Shown here: in pieces, positions 41,893 through 55,588 of the stretch
How positions within the stretch are numbered: the stretch's first letter is position 1
Layout of the letters: every line of letters begins with the position of its first letter
From: Rhizophagus irregularis
Taxonomy: Eukaryota
Length of the DNA: 64,000 bases
Assembly (NCBI RefSeq): GCF_026210795.1
Contig: NC_089429.1
Location: 1,550,001 to 1,614,000 of the forward strand
Direction of reading: 5' to 3'
Program-made: the position numbers and the translations under genes
Notes under the pieces: generated by a model
Database searches by the model: none
What the model was told of the DNA's origin: nothing
Seen by the model: the letters and a program-made list of their open reading frames with translations, nothing else

Positions 41893-43593
41893 GTTAAATG
41901 AAAGAGAGAGGAAAGAAAAGGGGTGCCGAAGGTTACGTCAAATTTATTATGAATTTCGGAGCGGGCAATTCCGTTTATCGCACAAATTAACGTCAAACTT
42001 ACATATATTTGCACATAATTACATGACCTATTTATTATTTTATTTATTTTATTCTAAGAGTGGTTATCTGTCATAATTATGAGCACTATATATAAACTGC
42101 GTAAATCATGCGATTATTATATGTCACATGATTATTATTATCCGGAGCGAAGCGAAGTGTCAATGCACTATGAAAAAAAAATCGATCCCGTGAATTTTTC
42201 TCTGTCCTTCACGTGATCATAACCCAATGAAATCGCAAATTTTAGTTTTTCGCTTCGAACTTAAAATAATACGTAAATAATAAATTGTTTCAATACAATT
42301 GCCTTTGAGTTATTGTGGTTCAGGGCCTTTTTTTTTAGTTAAGAATTAGCGTAACTTTGTTGTGCCTGTCACATGATTCTGTCTTAATTTGAAAAATAAA
42401 AATAAAAAAATTGGGTCAATATAAACATTAAGCATTTTATTCCAATGCATTTTACTTTGAAAAGCATCATTTAGTATAATTTGTCTTTCATACTTATAAC
42501 ACTCTTGAAACTTTAACTCATGGGATATCAATCGAAGACTGATATCTCTATTATTCCATCCAATAATTTAGTTTATTATTAAGTGTGATACATATATATA
42601 TTCATAAAGTCAGAAATTATTTAACCAATAAATTTAATAAATTTATAAAGATTTGTCTGTTTTGCAGAAATAAACATTATACTAATGCTTCCTTTTTAGT
42701 TTTTTAAATGAATTTTAGCTCTTCTATTTTATATCAAATTTATCCTCTTGTTAAACAAAATATTGATAAATGGGATAGACTTCTTCTTGGTGCAAATTGG
42801 ATACTAGACGATGTAATTGATTATACATATTAAAAAAAAATTATAGATTTTCGAATTTGTATTTTTTTGTAAAGAATCGATAAAAGAAAAATCTTAATGA
42901 TTGAATAAAATAAGATCAGCAATCAATGAAGAGAGTTTATATTTCTAAGGTTCAAAAGTTTCTTTCCTTATGAGACAGATACATCTCACTGTTGGTTTAT
43001 AGGAAAATCACCACCATATTAGATTTGACAATTCTGTCAGCTTAAAATAAATTATCAGAGTTAGATGATGAAAAAGAATTAAAAATTAGGGAACTTTTTA
43101 TAAATAATAATCAGTTAAAAGGTTTGCCGAGTATCAGTTTACTACTGCTGTAGATGAAGTGTGCTTTAAAATTTTATACTTTTAGTTTGTCATTTGGTCA
43201 AAAAATTTGATAATAAAAATAATAAAATAAAGGAGATAAAATCATATTGAAGATTTATTAAAAATAGTGAAGTTACAGTACATATAAATTATTGTATCTC
43301 AATAATATTCTCATTAACTGTTAGTCCATCCATTGAAACTACGACAAGATAATATTTAACTCTAGTAAATATTTTAAAATTTTCATGATAATTCCGTCTA
43401 CTAAGAAGCAAGGTACAATTAAAATTTAAGATTTATAAAAATTTTAGAAATTGTAATTTAACTACAGAAAATTTATTGGTTATTTACATGTTGCGATATG
43501 AATACCATAATCACATATTCATGTAATTTTATGTAATTTTTGAAAATGAAGATTGTTGAAACTATTTTTGGACAAAATCGACATCACGTGTTA

Positions 43594-45074
43594 TTATTGC
43601 TTAACTATGCTAAATGCTTCATAATTTTCTATTGTAAAATTTGATGGAATACCTATATTAGGGTAAGTGGTACTACCAGCATAATAAGTCCAATTATTGG
43701 GTTTCTTGCAATATAAACTTCCCATGCTGGGCCCTTGATTATTAAAGCAATAAATAGCCTCTGCGCATTTCAGATTATTTATGGGACTCAATTTTACGGA
43801 AGAAATATCATTTCCATCTGTAAAATTAAATAAAAAACTATCTGTAGTACTCTTATTACCATTTCCACTCCAGTCAAGTGGATTATATCCTCCAATTAAT
43901 TGTGTTGAGCCTTTAACTTTTGCTATCCAAATAGTAGCACCTTTATTATCACAATTTTTATGAAATGATTCCGCATTAAATCCATCCTGACCTGAACGAT
44001 ATAATAACTTAAATTCGTAAGGACAATTTTTACTATTGTAATATGAGGAATCTTTTTTATCAATCCATGATGCAAAAAGAGAAACATGTTCTGATTCAAT
44101 TAAGGTTGAATCAAGTTTAAATTTTTGATATTTTCTTGGAGGTGCTACATTAGTTTTAAGTTTCATATTAGGAACTATATGAAATTCTAAAAGATTATGA
44201 ATCAAATCTTGTGGTAAGATTTCCTTATAACAATAAACCTTGTAAAAAAAATCTGTAGGGCTAATATTATAAAACCTAATCAAAGGAATAAATCTATGTA
44301 ATGATCTCTCAATCTTTGTAATATCTTCTTTGCTCCATTTTGTCGGATCATTTTTAATATTTTGTTGAGTAAAGCACCACCTTAATAAACTTTCCCAAAT
44401 TTCAATTTCATCCATATTTAAATCATCCCTTTTTAATAATAATTCTAACAAAGGAGCTTTCAAATTAGTGAAATTATCAGAATTAAATAAGATTTTAGGT
44501 TCTTCACAAACTTTTTCAAGACAAAAATTCCATAAATCCGTAAATGTTTCATGTTGATAAACAATTTCAAGAATACCAGTTGGATTTTGATGTAAAAATT
44601 CAGTTTGATGATTAATCAAATATTCTTGAATATGAGAAATTAATTGTTGAATATTAAATTCATCTACTGCTATTAATAATTTCAATACATCTGGTCCTTG
44701 CAAATTTTTCAATTCAATATTTCCGCTATAAATAAACCTAAATATATATTTAAATAATTAATATTTACGGTTATAGAATAATGCTAAAATATTAATTAAT
44801 TATATAAATGTTTACGTTACCTAAGAATGATGTTGAATAAATGAGGTGAAATATTTGGTTTTCTAAAAATAAATTTTCCGTCTATTTTTTCAGCCCATTC
44901 ATTAGAAAATGCAGTACGAAAATATTTTGACCTAATACATAAAATATTTGAATGTGCATGAATTTCTTTAACATTTGGTTCTTCTCCAGCATAAATAATA
45001 ACGTCATATCCTATTTCTGTTTCAAAAAGTTTTTCGTAATCGTTAGATAATTCTACTAAAAATTTTGACGACAT
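43594..45074 (-). CDS. BTB/POZ-BACK-TLDc domain protein, 2 exons
   Basis: YDVIIYAG..HAHSNILCIRSKYF (BTB); EIEIWESLLRW..IRF (BACK); LLYRSGQDGF..FHKNCDNKGAT..IGGYNPLDW..DSFLFNF (TLDc). Intron 44820-44738 is GT-AG and in phase. Confidence 0.92.
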
Positions 45075-46065
45075 TTTTTTTTTAAAGAAAATAATAAGAG
45101 GTGCAAAAAATTTAAGTTTGAAGTTTCAGCCACATGTGAATATTAATAATAATTGCCTAAATTGGGTAAATCTGTGTGACATGATTAGCGTAGCAATAAA
45201 GCATAAAGGGTTAGCTTTAATGCAGCGATCAATATATTATTTGGATATTGTATCATTAAGATGCGAAGTATCTCAATAGGTTAACGACGTGAATACAAAT
45301 TTGTCCATTTTTTAACTTGAAGAAATAAATTTGATATACTACTTATTATCTTTATGACTATATTAAATAATTTACTATAAGTAAACATTATTTTTATTAA
45401 TTAAATTAACGAATTTATTGTTATAGTAAGCGAAGCTATATCGTAAAATCAAAATAATAATTTTGTTATCCAGTCAATCATGTTGTGGATGATAACTGAT
45501 TTACCACCAGGATACTATGTGACTTTCAGCCACATAATATAATAATATTCTGTATGTGAAATCAAGTTATCATCATATCCGAAGAGATATTTCTTATATT
45601 ATCTGTATTATTTAATGAAAGTGATTGTAATAACATAAAGTGTGCATAATTATTTATAACATAATTGTAATAAGACATCATTGATATCATTAATATATTC
45701 AACATAAATTTTTTCACATGGGCTATTTTTCACGTTGAGTAATTTTAATGTAATATAAGATTATAATAAATTTTTTATAAATATGTGTATAATTATTTTT
45801 TTTACAAAACAACTCATAAGTGAATATATACAATATAACACATAATCTGGCCAATTTCCTATATCCTATTCTCCTATTTTAATATTTTCTTTGTAGATCA
45901 GGCTTTTTTTGAAGGAAAAAGTGTAATATGCAGCAGTATCTTACAATTGTAGAAAATACATCATGATAATAGAAAAACTAATGAATAGTTGAAACAATGA
46001 TATTCATATGCCAGAAGGAGATTTAATCCCAATTTAACTACCCCAATAATTATACAAGCCTTAAT

Positions 46066-47763
46066 TTAAATATATTTTTCTTTTATAAAATTAATAGGTT
46101 GAATATATAAATCATCATAATTTTTAGCTTTAATATTATATGATTTAAATTCTTCTACTTCATCCATTGAAGTAAACAAATCTTCACTATTTCCAAATAA
46201 ATTTTCCAATATAGCTAAATATTCAACTCTTTTCATTTTCATAATATATTTTTTAATATATGGTAAAATATTTTCAATTTCACCTCTTGATTGATTTCTA
46301 ATAACTAATTTTTTAATAAAAGTATTTTGAGAATTTTTTAAAAATATTTCAAAATCATTTGTATTAAATCTAAGACATAAACATAAATATTCTAATCTAA
46401 AAGGAAGTAATTGACCTAAATTTTGTAAAATAATTGAACTAAGACCAACAGGATGATTATGATCATATATAGAAAGATAATTAAGTGATTGATTAAAATT
46501 TTTAATTAAATCAAGTACAGAATTTAAATTATTTTTATTAAAACCAAGTAATTCAAAAAATTTAATTTTTGTACAATAATTTTTTACCAAATCAAATAAT
46601 TGTTGTTTAATTTGATCACCTGTTAATGATCTAAAACCAATATTTTCTAAATAATCACCAGATTTTTGTAATAATAATTGTATTGAATCAATTTGTAATA
46701 TTTCATTATTTTCTTCCATAAATAAAGATTTCAATTTAAATGGTTTAGTAAGATTAATAATTTGTTGAATAAAATCAGAATTTAATGTTAAAGAATAACA
46801 ATAAAGAATATGAATAGAATCTAAAGCATTTAATTGTTGAAATACTTCATATAAAGTATTAATACCTTTAAAATTAATTTCATAAAATATGATTGTTTTT
46901 AATGTATTTAAACAATTAGAAAATTTTAAAGATGATAATAAATGATTTAATGGTAATAATGTACCATATCTATCATGTTCAAATAAAATATTTTCAAGAT
47001 TTTTTTGTGAAATAATTAATTTTGATAAATCATATTTAATTAATTCATAATTAATTACACCAGAATGTCGTAAATGAAGTGATGTAATTGAATTACAATT
47101 ATAATGTAAAAATTTTAAAAAAAAATTTACATTCATAATTTTTTCATTAAAATAAAATTTTAAATTTTTAATCTTATAAATGAAATTTGGATTTTGTAAA
47201 ATAAATCCTAAAGCAATATTAAAATAATTACAATCCATATCAGAAAGAATATTAATTTCAAAAGTATGTAAATGTATTCCATTATTAATAAATATTTTAA
47301 TTAATAATAAAAAAACAAATTTTGAAGCATTTAACCATCGATAAGAACTTGGAAATAAAGGGAAATTTGTATCTTGTGTAGAAAAGGTATTATAAGATTC
47401 AACAATTATTAAATTTTTAACCCAACCTTCAACAAAAAGCATAATATTTTGTGTATTTAAACATTTTATAAAAGTAGGATAATTAAATAATGTATCTGAT
47501 AGAATTAAATAATTATTAATTCCATATTCTTTTAATTGTGCTTTATCATTTTCATTTAAATAATGAAAATAAATTTCAATAAAACGATTATTTTTAGAAG
47601 GATTTGAAAATGGATCTTCCCATAATATTGGTATTGCGAAACGACACCATATTCTATTTACTAGGATACATGAATGTAACGTTGAAAAATCATTCCGAAA
47701 ATGATTAATAATTTTACCCATTAATTCAGGTAAATTTCCAGAAAATATTTTTGAACATGACAT
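46066..47763 (-). CDS. F-box-like MACSK paralog 4
   Basis: Intact ORF; real start inferred at MSCSKIFSGNLPEL (47763) by homology to the paralogs. Confidence 0.88.
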   Translation of the reverse strand: MSCSKIFSGNLPELMGKIINHFRNDFSTLHSCILVNRIWCRFAIPILWEDPFSNPSKNNRFIEIYFHYLNENDKAQLKEYGINNYLILSDTLFNYPTFIKCLNTQNIMLFVEGWVKNLIIVESYNTFSTQDTNFPLFPSSYRWLNASKFVFLLLIKIFINNGIHLHTFEINILSDMDCNYFNIALGFILQNPNFIYKIKNLKFYFNEKIMNVNFFLKFLHYNCNSITSLHLRHSGVINYELIKYDLSKLIISQKNLENILFEHDRYGTLLPLNHLLSSLKFSNCLNTLKTIIFYEINFKGINTLYEVFQQLNALDSIHILYCYSLTLNSDFIQQIINLTKPFKLKSLFMEENNEILQIDSIQLLLQKSGDYLENIGFRSLTGDQIKQQLFDLVKNYCTKIKFFELLGFNKNNLNSVLDLIKNFNQSLNYLSIYDHNHPVGLSSIILQNLGQLLPFRLEYLCLCLRFNTNDFEIFLKNSQNTFIKKLVIRNQSRGEIENILPYIKKYIMKMKRVEYLAILENLFGNSEDLFTSMDEVEEFKSYNIKAKNYDDLYIQPINFIKEKYI

Positions 47764-48999
47764 TTTTTGCAAAGGAATAGAAAAGGGGGGGATTATTAAT
47801 AAAAATTCAAAAAAAAGGTAATTTTTAAGTTTTTCCGGAATTGTGATACCGATGATGTCGCACAATTTTGCAATTATGTTGATTGTTTAAAAAGTGTGTG
47901 CTCACGTGTTCTCACAAATAAGGCGATCATTATCTTAAAACTCGTTTAAATAGCTTTGGTCAATGTATGATATAAATGGTTCGATTTATTACATACATGA
48001 TACAATTGATACATGTTATACAGTAATTCGAATAACAGTCAAAATAATGTGAAAAGTGGATCAGTTTCTAAAATTAAAAGAATAATAAGGATATTATTTA
48101 ATGATATATTTATAATATATTAATAGTTTTTATAAATAATATGCATATTAATAACAGGCTATTGAAATTTTGATATATATTTTATAACCAAATAAAAAAA
48201 AATCCAAATCAAAAGATATTATTTTTCTGACTCAAAACGTGAGCTGTTGTATTGTTTTAGTCTGAGAAGTTTCTGGAAATTTTTTTCCATTTTGATGATA
48301 TTTCCTGGACCTTTCTTCGTAATAATAATGACATTAAAATAAATTGAATGATAAATATTCACTCTAGTTTTGATTAAAGTACAAATCAAGTAACTTATAA
48401 TTCTTTATAACCATACTTCTGAATTCAATATATTAGTTACTCATATTAATAACTCATAACCTGCCAATAATTCTTTTTAAATTCTGTCGCAAGTGTGTCA
48501 AGGCTAAATAAACTACAAAATTTTAAAAAACTGATTAAATATTAAGGAAAAACTTTAAAAATCCATTTTCATGTAAAATTTAATAAGGTGTTGTATATAT
48601 TATTATTAAAAATTCGTATGAATATTCCATAACTTGACAATAAGAAATTTTTTTATTTAACCAGTTATCCTTTTTTTCGTAAACATTGAATTTTATTAGT
48701 GATACCAACGTCAAGTTCATATAGGTTACGCAATATAATAACAGTTTGTATAGCAGATTCGATGTTTGGTTCAAGTATTAACCAGTACCCGTGATTTATG
48801 TTACACAATAAAGCCAATTACAAATATTAGTTAACCTGTTAGCGTAATAAACGTATTTCTTTTATTAATATATATTATGATAAATATAATTTTGCCAGAT
48901 TTTAAACAATACTTATCTAGCTTTGGAATTAATATAGAAAGTATAGACATTCAAAGATAATTGCCGATAGATTACAATATGATCTAAAGAATTTTACTA

Positions 49000-49209
49000 T
49001 TAATTAAATAAACAACAAAAATTTTTAAGATGTTTTTTTTTAAAAAAATATAATTCATTAAGTATACTGTATAATTTCTTTTCATCCTCATATAAAATTT
49101 CTACATCACTATACTTTGGATTACATATTAATAATCTTACGTCATCTTCTCCTAATGAATATCCTCTCATCATTTTTCCTTTAGGAAAAAAAAAATATTT
49201 TGTAATCAT
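49000..49209 (-). pseudogene. BTB-domain 5' fragment
   Basis: MMRGYSLGEDDVRLLICNPKYSDVEILYEDEKKLY resembles a BTB N-terminus; truncated. Confidence 0.5.
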
Positions 49210-49719
49210 TTCAGTACTTCCATTTAAGGATATTCTTATGGTTGGTTACAATAATATTAGATTTGTCGATTTTAGTAAATCCGATAAAGTAACTGCGGTT
49301 AATAAATTAGTAAATAAACAATTAAAAAAATTACGTCGCTTTCTTCGATGTATGAGATCTAAAATAGAAAGATTAATTTTTTGTTTTCATGAATTAGGCT
49401 ATCAAAATGTTTACATCATATTTACATTATGAAACATTTAGCTAATCACAAGATTTTAGACTTATAACATTCTTAAGTAATCTTGAATCCTTGATAAATT
49501 ATTATAGTAAGAATTTCATGTTTTGTTCACGTGGTTCGATCGATTAAGAAAAAAGAAAAATAATAATAGAATTAATATAAATTTCGTACGTAAACATATT
49601 TTTTGAACGAATTTAGTCTCGATCTACTAAAAAGATTCTTTTAAATTCCCAAACTCTTGTTGTTAGCTAAAGAATAATGACGTAAAAATTTTTATTTTAT
49701 AATTCACAATTAAATATCT

Positions 49720-50520
49720 TTTAACGAGGTTGAACCAGGATATCATAATAATGATGTCACTGGATAAAGCTTTGATAGTAAATTATTCCATGCTGATACT
49801 TCCGGATATTTTGTACTATTGACCGTAAAAGCACAAGTTCTTTTATTCATATCTAAGTGAACTGTAATTTTTGTGCCATCTCCGAATAATGGACAATAAT
49901 TTTTTATATAATTGCCAGAATTACAACAATAATAACCACCGTAACTTAATACCCATTCAGTAGATTGAGTTCCTGCAAAAGTTTCATAATTAAAATTTTC
50001 TGATGAACGTACTCCAACCCAAGCATATGTACAATTTTTCTCAACAATAACATCCCATTCAAAAATTCTTTTACTTCCTAGTATCATTTTCGCCCTAACA
50101 CTATGCCATAATAATAATTAAGGTTACTTAGAACATAGTATACAATTTTTCCATAATATTCAATGATAAGTTTTGATCCATGTCCAACTCATCCCAAACG
50201 TAATAATTAGAACAATTTGATATTTGCGCTCTTCGAATATAATTTGTCTTAAAATTACTTGACCTTACTTTTTGCCAATAAACAGCTAAAATTATGGGTC
50301 AATGATGTCGGTCAAACTTGTCCCTCGATTCTTCTGAATCAATAAATTTAACTAAAGGCTCAAATACTTTATGATGATCGGCAATAAATTTATTTTCATT
50401 TTGGGTTTTCTATTGGTTTTGTTTCTAAGGTTCTGTTTCATAAGGTCATTATACCAATATGCATCATTAGAAGCTTGCTTTGCTGCAAGGATAGCACAAT
50501 ATTGAAAAACTTTATTTTTT
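49720..50520 (-). pseudogene. Degenerate SPRY/B30.2 (concanavalin-like) domain remnant
   Basis: IFEWDVIVEK..AWVGV..KITVHLDMNKRTCAFTVN..LYPVTSL; upstream part frameshifted. Confidence 0.7.
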
Positions 50521-50919
50521 TATTACTTGTAATATCAGCGCTTGAATATTTTATATTTCGTAACGTAAAATATTAATCAAATGAATGGTTTATAAATAAT
50601 TTTTTATTGTAAAATACTAAAGCGTCGTTACAGAATTACTTTTACAATAATATTTTATAATAATTTATAATATCTTTATTTAATAATTGAAAAGTCCCAT
50701 AAAAAATATAGAGGATTGAATTATTTAAATTACAAACTAAGAATCTTTTTTTTTACTACTCTAATCTTAGTGTTTAAATAATTTCAAAATAAGATAATAA
50801 ATATTAAAAAAAGAATTTGTTTTCAAATTAATTGAAAATTAATTTGAAATCCATCTAAAGAAATAATTACATTAGTAAATAAATATATTTTATTATTTTA
50901 ATTTTATTAAAAAAAATAT

Positions 50920-53378
50920 TTAAATTATAAACAAACCATCGGGAGTTTTATCTTTTTCTTCTGAATGAAGATTTGGATTATCTTGTACTTCATCTATTAT
51001 ATAAATAAGATAAATTAGAATAATAATGCTTGATCATTAGGCCGTTCCAACTTGATTATTTGTTTAACGTCCACCACCCCCCTCTATTTTTTTAAAAATT
51101 TGAGATCTAATAAACACATATTATTAAATACCCCCTCTATTTTTGAAAAAATTTAAAAGCTAATAAACATATAATGATAAATAATCCCTTCTGAAATTTT
51201 CAAATTTTCCTATGTTTATTTATTTAGTTTGTTTAACTTAAGCCCCCCTCCCCCCTTAATTTTTTCAAAAGGCCTGGACGTTAAACAAACAATTAAGTTG
51301 CAACAGCCTTATTATAAATAATAATTTATTTTACTTACCATTAACACTAATATCTGATCGTTGCTGCATTATTTCTCTATCATGGTCATTTTGTACGTCT
51401 ACTATTATAAAATAAATCAAAATTTAATAAAATATTCATTCTTATCTTCAACGAAAATTAGAATTAAATATTTTACCATTCTCCACTTTCAATTTTTTAA
51501 ATAATCTGGATGATTCTTTACTATCATTTTCTAAAGTAATTAAGATATAAATTAGTATTTATTCATTATAAAACTTGAATATAAAAATAAATTACCTTTA
51601 AAATTAATTTTACCCGATTTACTAAGATTACTAGCTATAATGAAAACCAATCAATATGATATTTTATTTATATAAAAATTCAATGTTATTTTAATAAATA
51701 CTTACTATTATCAGAAAGACTAAAATCATATGATCTACTGATATACAATGCTATTTTTAAATAAAAAGATTATCTCGATTTAGTTATTAATTAAAGGATT
51801 TATACAATAACATTATTAACTTTATACTGATTACCTTTTTGTTCTTCTATTATTATTTAATTAAAAAAAAAAGTTATCATTAATTATAATATTAAAGAAA
51901 AAAAATTAAATAGTTAATAAACATTAAAAAAGCATACCTTCTGTTGCATTTTTTGGTTCAGGTAGATTTTCAAATTTATGAATTTTACTTGTAAATAGTT
52001 TACTACTTAAAATATTGCTTGTTTTTTTATCTATTTTTGTTATTAATTGAGGTAATTCATTTGGATTATTTTGATAATATGATTTAATTTCTTTAATTTT
52101 TTTATAAAGTGTATTAGTATCAGGTCTTTTTAGTGGATTAGCATCCCAACATTGCTCCATTAAACTTTTATATTCCAAAGGAATTTCTGATACAATTTTT
52201 GGTCTTATACCATCAATGATATCAATTGCAAGAATATAATCATGTTCATAATTCATAAATGGAGGTTGTCCAAATGAAATTTCCCACATGAGCATTGCAA
52301 TACTATAAATATCAGATCTAAAAGTATAACCTTTTCCGTTAATAACTTCAGGAGCTATATAGGGAAGATTTCCATAAATACTTGTTGATGGTTTGTCTGC
52401 AGGACCACAAAATCCAAGATCACTAATCTGCCAATTATCATTAAACTGTGAATATAATATATTTCCAGAATGCAAATCTCTATGAATTGAATTCTCTTTA
52501 TGAATCCAATAAAGTGCATCAATTATTAAAAAAGTAATTTTAATCCTTTCATTCCATGTAAGTTGATTATGATTTTGTTGTAAATATTCTCTTAAATTCA
52601 TATTAAACTTCATAATTACAAGTAAATAATTCCATTTGATGGATTTTGTGTTAAACCAAAACATTGAACAATCTCTGAATTTTTGTTGCTTAAAGTTAAA
52701 TGCGATTTAGCCTTTAAAATAATAAATTTTATTATTAATAATTAAATTTTAAATTTTAAGTTCTTTAAATATTTTTAACTTACAAACCTCTTCAAACCAA
52801 CTTTGGCTTGCATTTTCAACATTTTTTAATTCTTTAAGTATTACAGCATGAGTTCCTAATCTTATTAATTGTTGCTTCTTAGAATCCCATTCATCATATT
52901 TTCCATCAATCCAATATGCTGTATAAATATCTGAGAATCCACCTTTTGTCAGATATTTAATATTTTCTAAATTATTATATGGGATCCATTCAATAATACC
53001 ATCTGGCGTAAATGTTTCCATTTGACAACTTTTTATTAAATTATCAATAACATTATTTCCAGAAGTCCAATTTGAAAAATTATATTTTAAATAATTTCGA
53101 ACACAATATTCACAATATAATGTAGCTAAACATTTTTGGTTACAATTTTCACAAACTCTTCTTATTCCTTCATTATAAAAAATTTTATTTCGGTCATAAT
53201 TTTTATTCATTATTCTTATTGCTTCAGTTTTTTCTTCTTCTGTAAGAGAATTATCAGCAAGAACGAATTGTTTACGAAATTCGTATTGTTCATGAAAGTC
53301 AACGTAAATATTATAATCAATTGATGTAAATGATCTAATAAGTACTGCTCGTATTAATTTTTTCCGAATATTAGACAT
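50920..53378 (-). CDS. TKL-like protein kinase, multi-exon, with a 1-bp frameshift near 52631 (pseudogene or sequencing error)
   Basis: CENC..C..CEYC, WTSGN, EWIPY, KGGFS, VILK, HRDLHSGN, SDLG, PYIAPE. CFGLTQNPSNG shifts frame into NYLLVIM. The 3' micro-exons and end are approximate. Confidence 0.82.
51040..51308. mobile_element. PIF/Harbinger (Tourist-like) MITE in a kinase intron
   Basis: TIR GGC(C/T)GTT(C/G)CAACTT.ATT.TTTGTTTAACGTCC; TTA on both flanks. Confidence 0.85.
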
Positions 53379-54030
53379 TTTTGTAAAAAAACAAATTATT
53401 TTTTAATAATGCAAAAAAAAAAATAAAGTCTCAATAGACGGTTAAACAAATAAGTTGTGCAACCACCAAAATTTTAATATTGTCTACTAACCTGCCTGTC
53501 ATGTGCTGCATTGTAAACAAAATGATGATCATCTGATCATACAAAAAAATATATCACTACCGACAACTTGGATCTTCTATTATTTCTTTTGATGTTAAAA
53601 ACTACAAAGGTACAAATGACGTTAAAGTTAAGCTATTGTAGACTAGAATTATTTTCTGAAAATTTAATTTTTTTAAAAAAAAAACAATTTTAACAAATCA
53701 TTATAGGACTCGAAAAATGGAAACACCTTTAAATTCATAGTAAAATAAATTTTTAATTGCTCATATTTGTAATGATGATTGGCAAATTGATGTTTAAATG
53801 AGCCAAATTTGAAGATTCGAATGAAAAAGTCAAAATCAAAAATTCAATTTTGATTATAAAGTTTTATTTGCATAATATTTCGAAATTATAATACAATAAC
53901 ATATTTTTCAGGCAAAATTTATTGCCTTTTTCGCGACATAATGAGCTTGTAAAAATTAAAATTCAACTTATTTTTTTTACTCAATGAAATTTTTTTAAAA
54001 AAAAATTCAGAGATTATTTTTTAATTAATG

Positions 54031-54102
54031 GATATTGTACGGTGGTATTTATATTGGTTAACGTCACTACGTTAACCAATATAAATACCACCGTACAATA
54101 TC
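54031..54102. repeat. Perfect 34-bp-stem palindrome, 4-nt loop
   Basis: GATATTGTACGGTGGTATTTATATTGGTTAACGT-CACT-ACGTTAACCAATATAAATACCACCGTACAATATC. Confidence 0.95.
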
Positions 54103-54759
54103 TATGTTATCGTACGGCTAATGCAGATCATGTTCGAATAAACTATTAATATTCGATATTGTACGCAAATAAACTATCGATATTTAATATTGTACGCAAA
54201 TAAACTATTGATATCAATATTGACACTATATACAGATCACACTATATAGTTAACAATATCAGGTGATCTTCATTTTAATAGTGATAGTCCTTGTAATTGG
54301 TTGTTATGCTAATCGTGCTATCCTGGAAAGGAAGGAAAATTTTACTAATTTGGTTAGCTCTTATGCGCTAAGTATAGGGTACGTTTTTATATTATTGATA
54401 TTGATATTGATATTGATATTGTATTGAATTGATATTGAATTGATATTGAGTTGATATTGAGTTCAATATTACGAACAATGGTCGTTTATATAAAAAAAAA
54501 AAAATTAATCATGATCTGCAGCATGATCCGAATTGGTTGATCAAAAATCAAGAGCTAACCATATATTGACATCAAGGAATTATAAATTGTCAATTTGGCT
54601 GGCCAAAAATCTGGGAGCTAACTACATATTAACATCAAGGAAATATTTATTATTCGTACAGTATACATTGTTCAAGGAGGCTAATTTTTGGGATTAATTA
54701 TAATAGGAATTGAAGGAAATTAAATATATAACATTCTTAAATGAACCTGATCAAATATA

Positions 54760-55230
54760 AAAAAAAAATATGTCTGAATTTTATTAAAATATACATATAT
54801 CCAAATTATACAAAAAATATATATATCCAAACATATATATATATCTGAATTTTAATATATATACCCGAATTTATTAAATTTATTCATTAAAAAACATTAT
54901 ACGAGTTTATTTATTAAAAAAAGCATTATACAAATTTAGTAATTATTAAAAAAACATTATACAAATTTAATTATTAAAATATATATTACATGAATTGATT
55001 TATTAAGAAAAATTATATATCCGAATTTATTAAATTTATTTATTAAAAAAATATTTATTAGTAAAAAATTATAATTAAAAATATAATACAAACTTAATTA
55101 TTAAAAACATTATATGAATTTAATTATTAAAGAAAAATTATATGAATTTTCTTATTAAAATATATATTACATGAATTGATTTATAAAAAAAATTATATAT
55201 TACATGAATTGATTTATTAAAAACATAATA
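54760..55230. repeat. AT-rich degenerate minisatellite
   Basis: Recurrent TTATTAAAA..ATTATA..AATTT units. Confidence 0.6.
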
Positions 55231-55539
55231 TGTGGACATAGAATCATCCAAATTTGATTTGAAATATCCTACAATATTAAGTTTTAATCATGTGAAATAA
55301 ATTTTATTTAATTATTTTATTTTGGTTAGAAAGTAGAAACGAAAAAATTTTTTTAAAAAAAATTGTTTTTTATAAATTCTTCTTTTAAGGCCAATTACAA
55401 GATTATTAATCAAAACGTAAAAAACAAATTAAAATATTTCAGATGAAAAAAAAAATAAAATAAATTATTTATTTATTTCAAATTATATCTTATCAATACT
55501 TTTGTTTCTGCAAATAAGTGTTAAAATTTATGGTATATA

Positions 55540-55588
55540 TCATACTCTTAGAAAGGGCCGGTCACCGGCCCTAGGGTATGACTCTAGT
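55540..55588 (+). mobile_element. Helitron-like 3' terminus
   Basis: GC-rich hairpin AGGGCCGG-TCA-CCGGCCCT, 11-nt spacer, then CTAG|T. Confidence 0.55.

Larger units (their letters stand above)
37350..41995. repeat. Large inverted duplication (arms ~2.1-2.4 kb, spacer ~100-140 bp near 39530)
   Basis: Upstream, coding and 3' non-coding sequence are mirrored, e.g. CTTTGACTGCTC..TTACGAAAAGCTC (39400-39460) vs GAGCTTTTCGTAA..GAGCAGTCAAAG (39602-39664). Confidence 0.92.

Noticed and set aside
42640..43140. LRR remnant (ELFINNNQLKG)
   Set aside because: Too degraded to call; only one motif
47764..47865. N-terminal extension of the 599-aa ORF
   Set aside because: Non-ATG start; paralogs begin at the M(A/S)CSK Met
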